This document shows positions 9,566-18,863 of a DNA stretch of 64,000 nucleotides, piece after piece. Positions within the stretch are counted from its first letter, which is position 1; each line of letters opens with the position of its first letter. The stretch is from Patescibacteria group bacterium (GTDB lineage: Bacteria; Patescibacteriota; Minisyncoccia; Phycocordibacterales; Phycocordibacteraceae), in NCBI GenBank assembly GCA_028866135.1, contig JAGWIS010000001.1:13357-77356 (forward strand), read 5' to 3'. The notes under the pieces were generated by a model. The model worked only from the letters and a program-made list of their open reading frames with translations, did no database searches and was not told the origin of the DNA. A program made the position numbers and the translations under genes.

Positions 9566-9829
9566 TCACTTATGCTCTAGCGTTTCATTTAAAACACGAG
9601 TGTATTCTTCCTCCGCACGTCGAATATTCTTCTCTTTTTGTAGCTGACGCAACGAGCGTGCCGATGCTATTTTCCACTCATGGTTTTTAAGAAGGTCGAG
9701 TGAGAATTTATAAAACTTCCTTCTCACTTCAGGATTTTTTAGATCAAGATGCAACTCCTCTGCTATTCGCTGTCGTTTATCGAAAAAATCTTCCCTACCG
9801 AGATTGATGCTGACAAAGATGTTCATCAC
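9566..9829 (-). CDS. Hypothetical protein
   Basis: 87 aa ORF overlapping the upstream stop (ATGA coupling). Confidence 0.5.
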   Translation of the reverse strand: MMNIFVSINLGREDFFDKRQRIAEELHLDLKNPEVRRKFYKFSLDLLKNHEWKIASARSLRQLQKEKNIRRAEEEYTRVLNETLEHK

Positions 9830-10314
9830 TCCACCTCCACAATTTGATAGTTTCGTTTGTTTCCGCCGACATCAATCTCTATCTCATCTCCCATTTTCAA
9901 ACCGACCAGCCGCTTGCCGATCGGAGAGTCCGGCGTGATGACCATTAATTCTGTACTGCCTGAAACAACCTGAATCCCTCCTCCTGTGGGAGACAAAACA
10001 TGCCGACGCCTTGTCCCATCGTTCGCTTCAAGGGCGATGACGGCTCCTACGCGAATCGTATCGGTCGGCTTGAACACCGAAGGACGGTCGAGTACGGCCT
10101 GTACTTGTGCCAGAGAAGCTCGCAGCTCGGCCATACGCACCTCATGCGCCGCTACCATCATCTGTGCTTCTTCTTTGAAGGTATCGTACCGAGATTGCAT
10201 GCGGCCCTTGTGCTGATTCGCCTCGTGTTGAGACTCGTTCCTTTGTCTCTCGGTGTTAGCGAGAGTCTTTTCCAACTCTGTTTTGATTTGTTTGAAGATG
10301 TCGTGCTTGTTCAT
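9826..10314 (-). CDS. GreA/GreB-family protein (coiled coil plus C-terminal domain)
   Basis: IRVGAVI, ITPDSPIGKRLVGLKMGDEI; SD AGGAGG before ATG 10314. Confidence 0.8.
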   Translation of the reverse strand: MNKHDIFKQIKTELEKTLANTERQRNESQHEANQHKGRMQSRYDTFKEEAQMMVAAHEVRMAELRASLAQVQAVLDRPSVFKPTDTIRVGAVIALEANDGTRRRHVLSPTGGGIQVVSGSTELMVITPDSPIGKRLVGLKMGDEIEIDVGGNKRNYQIVEVE

Positions 10315-10527
10315 AACTTGCCTCCTTCTCAAGGTTTTCAACGAACCTCTGCTTGCTAATCCGAATTGATATTACTTAATATTACTCGATGGGTCAAGTA
10401 TTTGTCGTATTCGACTAATTGAGAGGTCTTTACCGAACCAGTAGATATCTTCGATAAAGTTTTATTTCGTCGCGCATAAATATACGGGCGAATTTCCAAT
10501 TGGGGAGCGGTGCGCTACAATCGCCGC

Positions 10528-11160
10528 ATGTGTTTTTCCGCAACGGCAAGCCTCGTAGCAGGCGGAGCGCTCACGGCAACGGGCGCCCTCACTATGTCGC
10601 AAGCAAAGACGAAAAAGGAACTTCCGCTTGCGAGCATTCCGCTTATCTTCGGCATCCAGCAGCTCACCGATGGTGTCGTCTGGCTTTCCTTCGGCGTGGA
10701 GCCGATTCACACAATCGCCGTATACGCGTATTCAATCTTTTCCCAAGCACTGTGGCCGATGTTTGTTCCCTGGGCACTCCTCCTTATAGAAACAGACCCC
10801 GCTCGAAAGAAAGCTTTGCGTCTTTTCTCCCTCTTTGGTCTTCTGGTGGGACTGTTTTTCCTTTTCTATATCGTTACCGGGCCCAACGTGGCAGAAATAG
10901 TGAACCACTGCGTCGCATACTACACCCCGCACCCGCACGTACTCACCACGCTCGCACTCTACCTCCTCGTAACGTGCGGATCCTGTCTCGTATCAAGCCA
11001 TAAACTGCTGAACATCTTCGGCATCGCGCTCTTCTTTTCGTTCATCATCTCGGGGTGGTTCTACATCGAGACGTTCTCCTCCGTCTGGTGCTTCTTCGCG
11101 GCGATCCTGAGCTTCATCATCTACTGGCATTTCCGCAGCCGCTCCGCGGCTGCGGCTTGA
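10528..11160 (+). CDS. Polytopic membrane protein (MCFSA.ASF-type family)
   Basis: MCFSATASL start, IQQLTDG, SVWCFFAA; TACAAT 6 nt before ATG. Confidence 0.8.
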   Translation: MCFSATASLVAGGALTATGALTMSQAKTKKELPLASIPLIFGIQQLTDGVVWLSFGVEPIHTIAVYAYSIFSQALWPMFVPWALLLIETDPARKKALRLFSLFGLLVGLFFLFYIVTGPNVAEIVNHCVAYYTPHPHVLTTLALYLLVTCGSCLVSSHKLLNIFGIALFFSFIISGWFYIETFSSVWCFFAAILSFIIYWHFRSRSAAAA

Positions 11161-11175
11161 GAGGCGTTCGTACTT

Positions 11176-11598
11176 TTACTCAAATACTTTCCGCCAAATG
11201 AAGCCGGGCTCCCCGCTAGGAGCCGCTGCCGGGCCGACTCTCTCAAAACCTGTGTGCTTATAAAATCCCCAAGACTTCCGATGGGCTTCGCTGCTATAGA
11301 GAACCGCCTCCGTGTAATGGCGGCTTTTCATTTCACTCAGCACTGCTTCCGCGAGCGCCTTCCCGATTCCGCAGCCCGGATTTTTCACGGCAAGGATGTA
11401 AAGTTCCGCCGGATTTCCGGTACTGGCAAAGGTGCGGATGTATGCGGGCGCTTTCCTCAAGATCGCCACTCCAACGACTTCTCCATTCTCCTCCGCAACG
11501 AAATATCCAAATTCCTGCTTTACTGATTCCGAAGCGTGGTTTACAAAATCAGCCAGTTTCTTTGAAAGCTTTTCTCTAAAGTCGCCCTCCCAATACAA
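11176..11598 (-). CDS. GNAT N-acetyltransferase (start uncertain, possibly N-truncated)
   Basis: GCGIGKAL acetyl-CoA motif, GFYKHTGF. Confidence 0.75.
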   Translation of the reverse strand: MYWEGDFREKLSKKLADFVNHASESVKQEFGYFVAEENGEVVGVAILRKAPAYIRTFASTGNPAELYILAVKNPGCGIGKALAEAVLSEMKSRHYTEAVLYSSEAHRKSWGFYKHTGFERVGPAAAPSGEPGFIWRKVFE

Positions 11599-11609
11599 AT
11601 CGTAGATAC

Positions 11610-11786
11610 GCTCGACGGCTTCCGCATCCTCTCTTGGTGTTGGATGAGAATTCCAACGCGTCTCGAGCGCGATAACCTAGCACGACTTGGCTGCGGGATT
11701 GCGACTCGAACGCGTCCTGAGCGCGGGGAACCGCGCCCGAGACCCTTGACGAACTCGTGCGCACGTGTTGTGCTCGACTTGGCTGC
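11610..11786 (-). repeat. Degenerate tandem copies of the tRNA-Gln 3' end
   Basis: CGACTTGGCTGC at 11683-11694 and 11775-11786; AACGCGTC..GAGCGCG occurs twice; T-loop-like GTTCGAGTC in the copy. Confidence 0.55.
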
Positions 11787-11853
11787 CAGACTTGGATTCG
11801 AACCAAGATGACGACTTTCAGAGAGTCGCATCCTACCATTAGATGATCTGGCA
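11780..11853 (-). tRNA. tRNA-Gln(CTG), CCA encoded
   Basis: TGCCAGA/TCTGGCA acceptor, CGACT-CTCTGAA-AGTCG anticodon arm, GGTTCGAATCC. Confidence 0.95.
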
Positions 11854-11965
11854 ATGGCACGACAACGTCGTGATTCTTAGAAGATACGGCATCGGGAGGG
11901 TTTATTCAACATGAAGCGCCGCGCCGCGGCTGGTATATAATGGCCCTTTGCACAAAGAATATTTC

Positions 11966-13507
11966 ATGCCGCCCTCCCCCGCACACCTCTCCGATACAGA
12001 ACACAAAAACATCATGATCATCATGGGCGCGCTCATGCTCGTGCTCATGCTCGCGGCGCTCGACCAGACCATCGTCTCGACTGCGCTGCCGCGCATCGCG
12101 AGCGATTTCAATGCGCTCTCAGAGCTGTCTTGGGTGGTGACGGCGTATCTGCTCATGACCGCCGTCTCGACGCCGCTCTACGGCAAACTAAGCGACCTCT
12201 ACGGCCGCAAACGCGTGCTCTCCTTCGCCGTCGTGATATTTCTCATCGGATCGGCGCTCGCTGGCGCGGCGCAAACCATGCTTCAGTTGATCCTTTTCCG
12301 CGGGGTGCAGGGGCTCGGCGCCGGCGGACTGATGTCGCTCGTGCTCGCGGCCATCGGAGACGTCGTTCCCCCAAGGCAGCGCGGACGCTACCAGGGCTAC
12401 TTCGGCGCGACGTTTGGAATCGCAAGCGTGCTCGGACCGCTTCTCGGAGGACTCTTCACCGACCATCTCTCGTGGAGATGGATTTTCTACATCAACATCC
12501 CGCTCGGCCTGCTTGCGCTCGCCGCCATCTACGCGCGGCTTCCAAAACACAAGCACCATCGGGAGCATACGATCGACTACGGAGGCGCCTTGCTCCTTTC
12601 CGCGACTATCATCTCCCTGCTCCTGGTCGCGATGTGGGGCGGAACCGTCTATCCGTGGAACTCGCTCACGATACTTTCTCTCGGCGCGCTCGGCCTTTTC
12701 TCGGGAAGGCTCTTCGTGTGGTGGGAATCAGAAAGGTCGGAGGCGCTCATTCCTTTTTCTCTTTTTAGAAATTCGATTTTCCGCGTCTCCGCCCTGCTTT
12801 CGCTCGTTTCGGGCGTGGCGATGTTCTCGGCTATCGTCTTCTTGCCCGAGTATCAGCAGGTGGTGCGCGGATACTCGGCGACGACCTCCGGCCTCCTCAT
12901 GCTCCCGCTCATCTTCGGCCTCCTTACCGCCTCCATTGGATCGGGACGGATCATCTCCCACACGGGCCAGTATCGCATCTTCCCCATCGTGGGCGGACTG
13001 CTCACGATGTACGGCCTCTGGCTCCTCACTCATGCGGACGTCTCCACGTCGCAGTGGATCCTGTCGGTCTGGATGTTCGTCACCGGGCTCGGCATCGGCT
13101 CATCGCTCCAGGTGATGACGATCGCCGTGCAGAACGCCGTGCATCCGAAAGATCTCGGCGCGGCCACCTCCACCATCATGTTCTTCCGCAACATCGGCAG
13201 CACGATCGGCACGAGCATCCTCGGCGCGGTGCTCATCGCACGCTTCAGCGCGCACCTCGCCGAGCGCGTGCCGGAGGGGATCCAGGGATTCTCCATAACG
13301 CTCGGCATGAGCGTCGCGCAGATACAGAATCTTCCGCCCGCGGCTGCTGCAAATATTCTCGAAGCATTCGCGGCTGGCTTCCGCGACGTTTTTTGGTGGA
13401 CGATCCCATTTGCCGCCCTCGCGTTCGTCATCGCACTTTTCCTCAAGGAACAGCCGCTCCGCGAGGACGCTCATGAGCTCGCCGAAGGCGAAGTATTCGG
13501 CCTTTGA
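11966..13507 (+). CDS. MFS drug:H+ antiporter, DHA2 (EmrB/QacA) family
   Basis: [34 protein letters not shown]; about 14 TM segments. Confidence 0.92.
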   Translation: MPPSPAHLSDTEHKNIMIIMGALMLVLMLAALDQTIVSTALPRIASDFNALSELSWVVTAYLLMTAVSTPLYGKLSDLYGRKRVLSFAVVIFLIGSALAGAAQTMLQLILFRGVQGLGAGGLMSLVLAAIGDVVPPRQRGRYQGYFGATFGIASVLGPLLGGLFTDHLSWRWIFYINIPLGLLALAAIYARLPKHKHHREHTIDYGGALLLSATIISLLLVAMWGGTVYPWNSLTILSLGALGLFSGRLFVWWESERSEALIPFSLFRNSIFRVSALLSLVSGVAMFSAIVFLPEYQQVVRGYSATTSGLLMLPLIFGLLTASIGSGRIISHTGQYRIFPIVGGLLTMYGLWLLTHADVSTSQWILSVWMFVTGLGIGSSLQVMTIAVQNAVHPKDLGAATSTIMFFRNIGSTIGTSILGAVLIARFSAHLAERVPEGIQGFSITLGMSVAQIQNLPPAAAANILEAFAAGFRDVFWWTIPFAALAFVIALFLKEQPLREDAHELAEGEVFGL

Positions 13508-13589
13508 CGTTTCTCGCGCAAATGAACCACAGTCTCCTGACAAAATTAGCATCCGGCGCAAACGTCCAGAGAAGCTGTAGAATAACTCC

Positions 13590-15728
13590 ATGACCCGTTA
13601 CGTCTGCCCGATGCATGGCGAAGTCCTCCGCGATGTGCCGGGCAAATGCCCCGCCTGCGGCATGGACCTGGTCCCCTACCGCGAGGAGCATGCCAGCCAC
13701 GACACGGGGCACGCAAGCCACCACGACCACGAAGCCGCGATGACCGATCCGCAAATGGCGGAGCGGATGGAGGCAGACATGCGCAGGCGCTTTTTCATTT
13801 CGCTCGCGCTCACCATCCCCATCGTCCTCTACTCAAGCATGGGCGAGATGCTGTTTGGCGCCTCCCTCCCCTCATTCATTCCAAAAAATATACTGCTGTT
13901 TCTTCTGACGACGCCGATTGTCTTTTGGACGGGGTCGATTTTCATCACCGGCACGTACTACTCGCTCAAAGCCCGCAAGCTCAACATGATGGTGCTGATT
14001 GCGACCGGCGTGCTCGCGGCGTATCTCGGCAGCATCGCGCTCGCTTTCACCGGCAGCGGAGAGGCGTTTTACGAAGCGGCGGCGATGCTCGTCACCTTCG
14101 TCCTCTTCGGGCATTGGATGGAGATGAAGTCGCGGCGCGGGACTTCCGACGCGCTCCGCGCGCTCTTCGATCTCGTGCCGCCCCAGGCGCACGTCATCCG
14201 AGCCGGAAAAGAAGAAATCATACCGAGTTCGGAAATCGTGAAAGGCGACATCCTTGCGCTACGCCCGGGAGACAAAGTACCCGTTGATGGCGAGGTCGTC
14301 GAAGGCGAGAGTTCGGTAGACGAATCGCTCGTGACCGGCGAATCCGTCCCCGTCTCCAAAACCCCAGGCAGCGGCCTGGTCGGAGGATCGGTAAATCTCA
14401 CCGGAGCCGTCAGATTCAAAGCGACGAAAGTCGGCTCGGAGACCGTGCTTGCGCAGATCATCAAAATGGTCGAGACCGCGCAGAACTCGAAGGCGCCGGG
14501 ACAGCGCATCGCGGATACAGCCGCGGCATGGCTTGTCGTGCTCGCTATCGGCTCGGGCATCCTCGCCTTTCTCGGGTGGTATGTGCTTGCCGGAGCGACA
14601 TTCGTCACCGCGCTTACCTTCGCCATTTCAGCGATCGTCATCGCTTGCCCGGACGCGCTCGGGCTCGCGACCCCGACGGCGGTCGCCGTTGGCACCGGGC
14701 TCGGCGCGAAGCACAACATTCTCATAAAAGATGCAGCGACCTTGGAGAACACATCGCGCCTCACCGCCATCGTGCTCGACAAGACGGGCACGCTCACCGA
14801 GGGAAAACCGAAAGTGACAAAAATAGTTTCCGCCGCTCCCTACAGCGACCTCGAGGCGCTCAGCTTCGCAGCGGCGGTGGAGCAGCACTCGAATCATCCG
14901 CTCAGTCTCGCTATCATCGAGGAAGCGCGGAAAAGAAAGGTGCCGATTGAGAATGCGGAACGATTCGAATCGGTAAGCGGATACGGCGTGCGTGCCGCGG
15001 TTCGCGGCAAAGCGGTCATCGCGGGTACCGAGCGTTTGATGACGCAACACCATATCGATCTGTCGCCGCTCAAAAAAGAAATTGATTCCTTGCGCGCCGA
15101 GGGAAACACGCTCAGCATCGTCGCGATTGACGGAAAGGCTGCCGGAGTGATCGGCGCGGCCGACGTCGTGCGCGATTCCGCGAAGAAAGCCGTGGCGAAA
15201 CTGAAAGAGATGGGTCTTGAGGTGCTCATGATTACCGGCGACCATGAGCAGGTCGCGCACGCCGTGGCGAAGGAGCTCGGCATCGAACGCTATTTCGCCC
15301 AGGTGCTGCCCCAGGACAAAGCGACATACGTAAAGAAGCTTCAGGACGAAGGGAAAAGCGTCGCCATGGTCGGCGACGGCATAAACGACGCTCCGGCGCT
15401 CGCGCAAGCGGATATCGGCATCGCCATCGGCGCGGGGACAGACGTGGCGATAGAGACCGGCAGCATCGTGCTCATGAAATCCGATCCGTATGACATCGTG
15501 GCTGCGCTGCGCCTCAGCAGGGCGACGGTCGTGAAGATGAAACAGAACCTCTTTTGGGCGGCGATCTACAACGTGCTCGCTATCCCCGTGGCCGCCGGGG
15601 TCTTCTACTCTTCGCTCGGGTGGTCGCTGCGGCCGGAAATCTCCGCGCTTCTTATGTCCGCCTCCTCAATCATCGTCGCGACGAATGCCGTGCTTCTGAA
15701 GCGGGTCGAGCCGCGCCTTAGCGCATAG
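13590..15728 (+). CDS. copA: Copper-translocating P1B-type ATPase
   Basis: YVCPMH...CPACGMDL metal domain, His-rich linker, TGES, ACPDALGLATP, DKTGT, GDGIND, YN and MSASS. Confidence 0.9.
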   Translation: MTRYVCPMHGEVLRDVPGKCPACGMDLVPYREEHASHDTGHASHHDHEAAMTDPQMAERMEADMRRRFFISLALTIPIVLYSSMGEMLFGASLPSFIPKNILLFLLTTPIVFWTGSIFITGTYYSLKARKLNMMVLIATGVLAAYLGSIALAFTGSGEAFYEAAAMLVTFVLFGHWMEMKSRRGTSDALRALFDLVPPQAHVIRAGKEEIIPSSEIVKGDILALRPGDKVPVDGEVVEGESSVDESLVTGESVPVSKTPGSGLVGGSVNLTGAVRFKATKVGSETVLAQIIKMVETAQNSKAPGQRIADTAAAWLVVLAIGSGILAFLGWYVLAGATFVTALTFAISAIVIACPDALGLATPTAVAVGTGLGAKHNILIKDAATLENTSRLTAIVLDKTGTLTEGKPKVTKIVSAAPYSDLEALSFAAAVEQHSNHPLSLAIIEEARKRKVPIENAERFESVSGYGVRAAVRGKAVIAGTERLMTQHHIDLSPLKKEIDSLRAEGNTLSIVAIDGKAAGVIGAADVVRDSAKKAVAKLKEMGLEVLMITGDHEQVAHAVAKELGIERYFAQVLPQDKATYVKKLQDEGKSVAMVGDGINDAPALAQADIGIAIGAGTDVAIETGSIVLMKSDPYDIVAALRLSRATVVKMKQNLFWAAIYNVLAIPVAAGVFYSSLGWSLRPEISALLMSASSIIVATNAVLLKRVEPRLSA

Positions 15729-15780
15729 CTTGTGCTCTTTGCGAAAGCGATTCGCCTCGAAAACGCGTTAGAATACACGC

Positions 15781-16530
15781 ATGATCGGAAGCGTCGTCCA
15801 CCCGAGAACAAGCGCCTCGCACCGTTCCCATGCGCGGCGCAACAAGCGGGCGTGGGCGCTCATGGGAATCCTCGTCGGCGTCTCTCTGTTGTTGGTAGCG
15901 TACGGGTACTTCAAAGCGGTCGAGTGGCCGATGCTTGCGGACGCCGTGCTCCACACCACGCTGCGCCTCGCGCTCGCCTACGGCATCGCGCTCGTCATCG
16001 GCGTTTCGATCGCGCTTCTCGTCGGCTGGAGCCCGTTTGCCGATGTGTTCTTCCCTCTTTTCGATATCCTGCAGAATCTCCCTTCCTTCGCGCTCATACC
16101 GCTCTTCATCTACTTTTTCGGATACACGAGCAAGATGATCGTCATCTTCGCCGTGAGTTCCATCGTGTGGCCCATCCTCTTCGCCGTCCTGACTGCGATT
16201 AAAAGCGCTCACAAAGATTTGAGCGATGCCGCGACCATCTTCGGCGCACGCGGGCTCCGGCGCATCCCCTACTTCCTGGCCCCGCTCTCCTTCCCGGCGA
16301 TGCTCACCGGCTCGATCGTCGGCATCGCCATCGGATGGGAGTCGGTCATCGGCGCCGAGATCATCACGAACGTCGCCGGCTTCGGCGATTTCATCAAGGG
16401 CGCGAGCGCCTCGGGCGTCACGGAGGATATGCTCGCCGGAACCTTCGCCATCCTCGTCATCGTCTTTGCGGTAAACCGCCTCATCTGGGCGCCGCTCCTC
16501 TCCGAAAGCAGCAAACGCTACGCCGAATAA
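15781..16530 (+). CDS. NitT/TauT-family ABC permease
   Basis: LQNLPSFALIP, EAA-like loop DAATIFGARG, WESVIGAE. Confidence 0.85.
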   Translation: MIGSVVHPRTSASHRSHARRNKRAWALMGILVGVSLLLVAYGYFKAVEWPMLADAVLHTTLRLALAYGIALVIGVSIALLVGWSPFADVFFPLFDILQNLPSFALIPLFIYFFGYTSKMIVIFAVSSIVWPILFAVLTAIKSAHKDLSDAATIFGARGLRRIPYFLAPLSFPAMLTGSIVGIAIGWESVIGAEIITNVAGFGDFIKGASASGVTEDMLAGTFAILVIVFAVNRLIWAPLLSESSKRYAE

Positions 16531-16533
16531 CCT

Positions 16534-17280
16534 ATGCCCGCAACACACGACATGCTCCTCGTCCTCTCGCGCGTATCGGCGCGCTTCGCCGACGAAGGGG
16601 AAAAAGGCACGCTCGCGCTGAAGGACATTTCCCTTTCCGTTCCCGCCGGCTCGTTCGTATCGATCATCGGCCCCTCGGGCGCCGGCAAGTCCACCCTGAT
16701 GCGCGTCATCCTCGGCTTCATGCCGCAGACAAGCGGCGAGATCGTGCGCAATTTTTCGCGCCCGGCGATGGTGTTCCAGAATTACGCGCTCTTCCCGTGG
16801 CTCTCCGCGCTCGACAACGTGGCGTTCGGCTTGCGCATGAGCGGTGTCCCGCGCAAAGAGCGCGAGCGCATCGCGCGAGAGAAGTTGAAAGAAGTCGGCC
16901 TCGCGCATCTTGAAAACCACTACCCCGCCGCTCTCTCGGGCGGCCAGCGCCAGAGGGTCGGCCTCGCGCGCGCGCTTGCGCTCTCTCCCGACCTCCTCAT
17001 CATGGACGAACCATTTTCAAATCTCGACACCATCACCTCCGAATCCCTCAAGGCGGACCTGCTGAAGATTTGGAGAACCTACGGCATGACCATCCTCATG
17101 GTGAATCACCTCATCCCCGACGCGATCGAGCTCTCCGACCACATCATCGTCATGAGCGGGCACCCCGGGCGCATAGAAAAGACCTTCTCTATTGACCTGC
17201 CACGCCCCCGCGACACGCGCAGCGCGCATTTCTTCAGGCACGTGGATCTCCTGACCGAAGACATCCGCGCCATTTCCTAG
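16534..17280 (+). CDS. NitT/TauT-family ABC ATPase
   Basis: GPSGAGKST, FQNYALFPW, LSGGQRQR, MDEPF. Confidence 0.9.
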   Translation: MPATHDMLLVLSRVSARFADEGEKGTLALKDISLSVPAGSFVSIIGPSGAGKSTLMRVILGFMPQTSGEIVRNFSRPAMVFQNYALFPWLSALDNVAFGLRMSGVPRKERERIAREKLKEVGLAHLENHYPAALSGGQRQRVGLARALALSPDLLIMDEPFSNLDTITSESLKADLLKIWRTYGMTILMVNHLIPDAIELSDHIIVMSGHPGRIEKTFSIDLPRPRDTRSAHFFRHVDLLTEDIRAIS

Positions 17281-18023
17281 ACCTCCATCTTCGAGAAGAA
17301 ATGCGAGCCGAGCGCGAGGAAGAGCGCGCTCACGCCGACGAGGACGCCGATATCAAGCGCAAGCGGGAAGGTCCCCGTGCCGATGAGGAGGTACCGCAGC
17401 GCGTCGACGCCGTAGGAGAGCGGATCGAAACGCGCGACCCAGAGGAGTGCGGGCGGCACGTTCGCAAGCGGAAAGAGGGCGCCGGAGAGGAAGAAGAGCG
17501 GCATCACGAGGAAGTTCATGATGAGCTGGAAGCCCTGCATGTCTTTGAGCTTCGAGGCGACCGCGATGCCAAGCGCGCTGAAAAGCAGTGCGATGAGGAG
17601 CATGATGAGGAGCGCCGGAAGGATGCCGAACCATGAGACGGGACGGAAGCCGGCGACGATCGCAATCGCGAGCACGAGCAGCCCCTGGATGCTCGCAACG
17701 CTTGCGCCGCCGAGCGTGCGGCCAAACATGATCGAGAGGCGGGAGACCGGCGCGACCATCGTCTCTTTCAGGAATCCGAACTGGCGATCCCAGATCACCT
17801 GCATGCCGTTGAAGATCGCGGTAAAAATAATCGACATGCCGATGATGCCCGGCGCGATGAACTCGAGATAATTCCCCTGCCCCGCTTTCTCGAAGACGGG
17901 GCCGAGTCCGTAGCCGAGCGCGATGAGAAATAGGACCGGCTGGCCCAAAGAGCCCATGATGCGGCTCTTTGAGCGGATGAACCGCTTCACTTCCCGCAGC
18001 CACATGATGTAGACGGCTTTCAT
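17277..18023 (-). CDS. ABC-2 type exporter permease (DrrB-like)
   Basis: YLEFIAPG, DRQFGFLKE, FLSGALFP, PLSYGVDALR. Confidence 0.9.
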   Translation of the reverse strand: MKAVYIMWLREVKRFIRSKSRIMGSLGQPVLFLIALGYGLGPVFEKAGQGNYLEFIAPGIIGMSIIFTAIFNGMQVIWDRQFGFLKETMVAPVSRLSIMFGRTLGGASVASIQGLLVLAIAIVAGFRPVSWFGILPALLIMLLIALLFSALGIAVASKLKDMQGFQLIMNFLVMPLFFLSGALFPLANVPPALLWVARFDPLSYGVDALRYLLIGTGTFPLALDIGVLVGVSALFLALGSHFFSKMEV

Positions 18024-18027
18024 ATAA

Positions 18028-18831
18028 CTAACGGCGGCTGCCGCTCCACACCTGATGATGCGAGCGCATCGTCTCGAGACGAGATCCGCCCTCGTCGCGG
18101 ATGCTGCTTCCCGTGAGCGCGAGGAACGCTTCCTCAAGCGTCGCCGTGCCCGTCTGCTTTCGGAGCGCTTCGCCGGTGCCTTGCGCGACAATGACGCCGT
18201 TGTCGATGATGGCGATGTGCCTCGCGATGCGCTCGGCCTCCTCCATGTAATGGGTAGTGAGAAAGACCGTGATGCCTTCGTTCGCATTCAGTTTTTGCAC
18301 GTAGCTCCAGAGGTGGTTGCGCGTCTGCGGATCGAGACCGAGAGTCGGCTCGTCGAGGAAAATAATTTTCGGATGATGGAGAAGACCGCGCGCAATCTCG
18401 AGGCGACGCTTCATGCCGCCAGAAAAATCGCGGACGAAGTCATTGCGTCTGTCGGAGAGCTCGACGAGCGCGAGCAGTTCCTCGATGCGTGTCGCAAGCG
18501 TCGCTCTCGGCACGTTATACAGAACGCCATGGAGCTCGAGATTCTCGACCGCGGTCAGATCTTCGTCGAGCGAAGGGTCCTGAAAAACGATACCGAAAGA
18601 GTGGCGCACGAGATCCGGATCCATAACTGGATCGCGACCGGCGATGCGCATCGTGCCCGAAGAAGGCCGGAGCAGGGTCGTGAGCATCTTGATCGTGGTG
18701 GACTTTCCCGCGCCGTTCGGGCCGAGAAATGCAAAGATGCCGCCCTCCTCCACCGAAAACGAGACGTCCTTCACCGCAGCGATGTCACCGAACGTCTTGG
18801 TGAGGTTCCGTACTTCTATGATATTTGCCAT
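18028..18831 (-). CDS. ABC-2 type exporter ATPase (DrrA-like)
   Basis: GPNGAGKST, FSGGMKRRLE, LDEPTLGLD, TTHYMEEA. Confidence 0.92.
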   Translation of the reverse strand: MANIIEVRNLTKTFGDIAAVKDVSFSVEEGGIFAFLGPNGAGKSTTIKMLTTLLRPSSGTMRIAGRDPVMDPDLVRHSFGIVFQDPSLDEDLTAVENLELHGVLYNVPRATLATRIEELLALVELSDRRNDFVRDFSGGMKRRLEIARGLLHHPKIIFLDEPTLGLDPQTRNHLWSYVQKLNANEGITVFLTTHYMEEAERIARHIAIIDNGVIVAQGTGEALRKQTGTATLEEAFLALTGSSIRDEGGSRLETMRSHHQVWSGSRR

Positions 18832-18863
18832 GCGTCAGCCCGACTATAGCACGGGCCGAGAAA

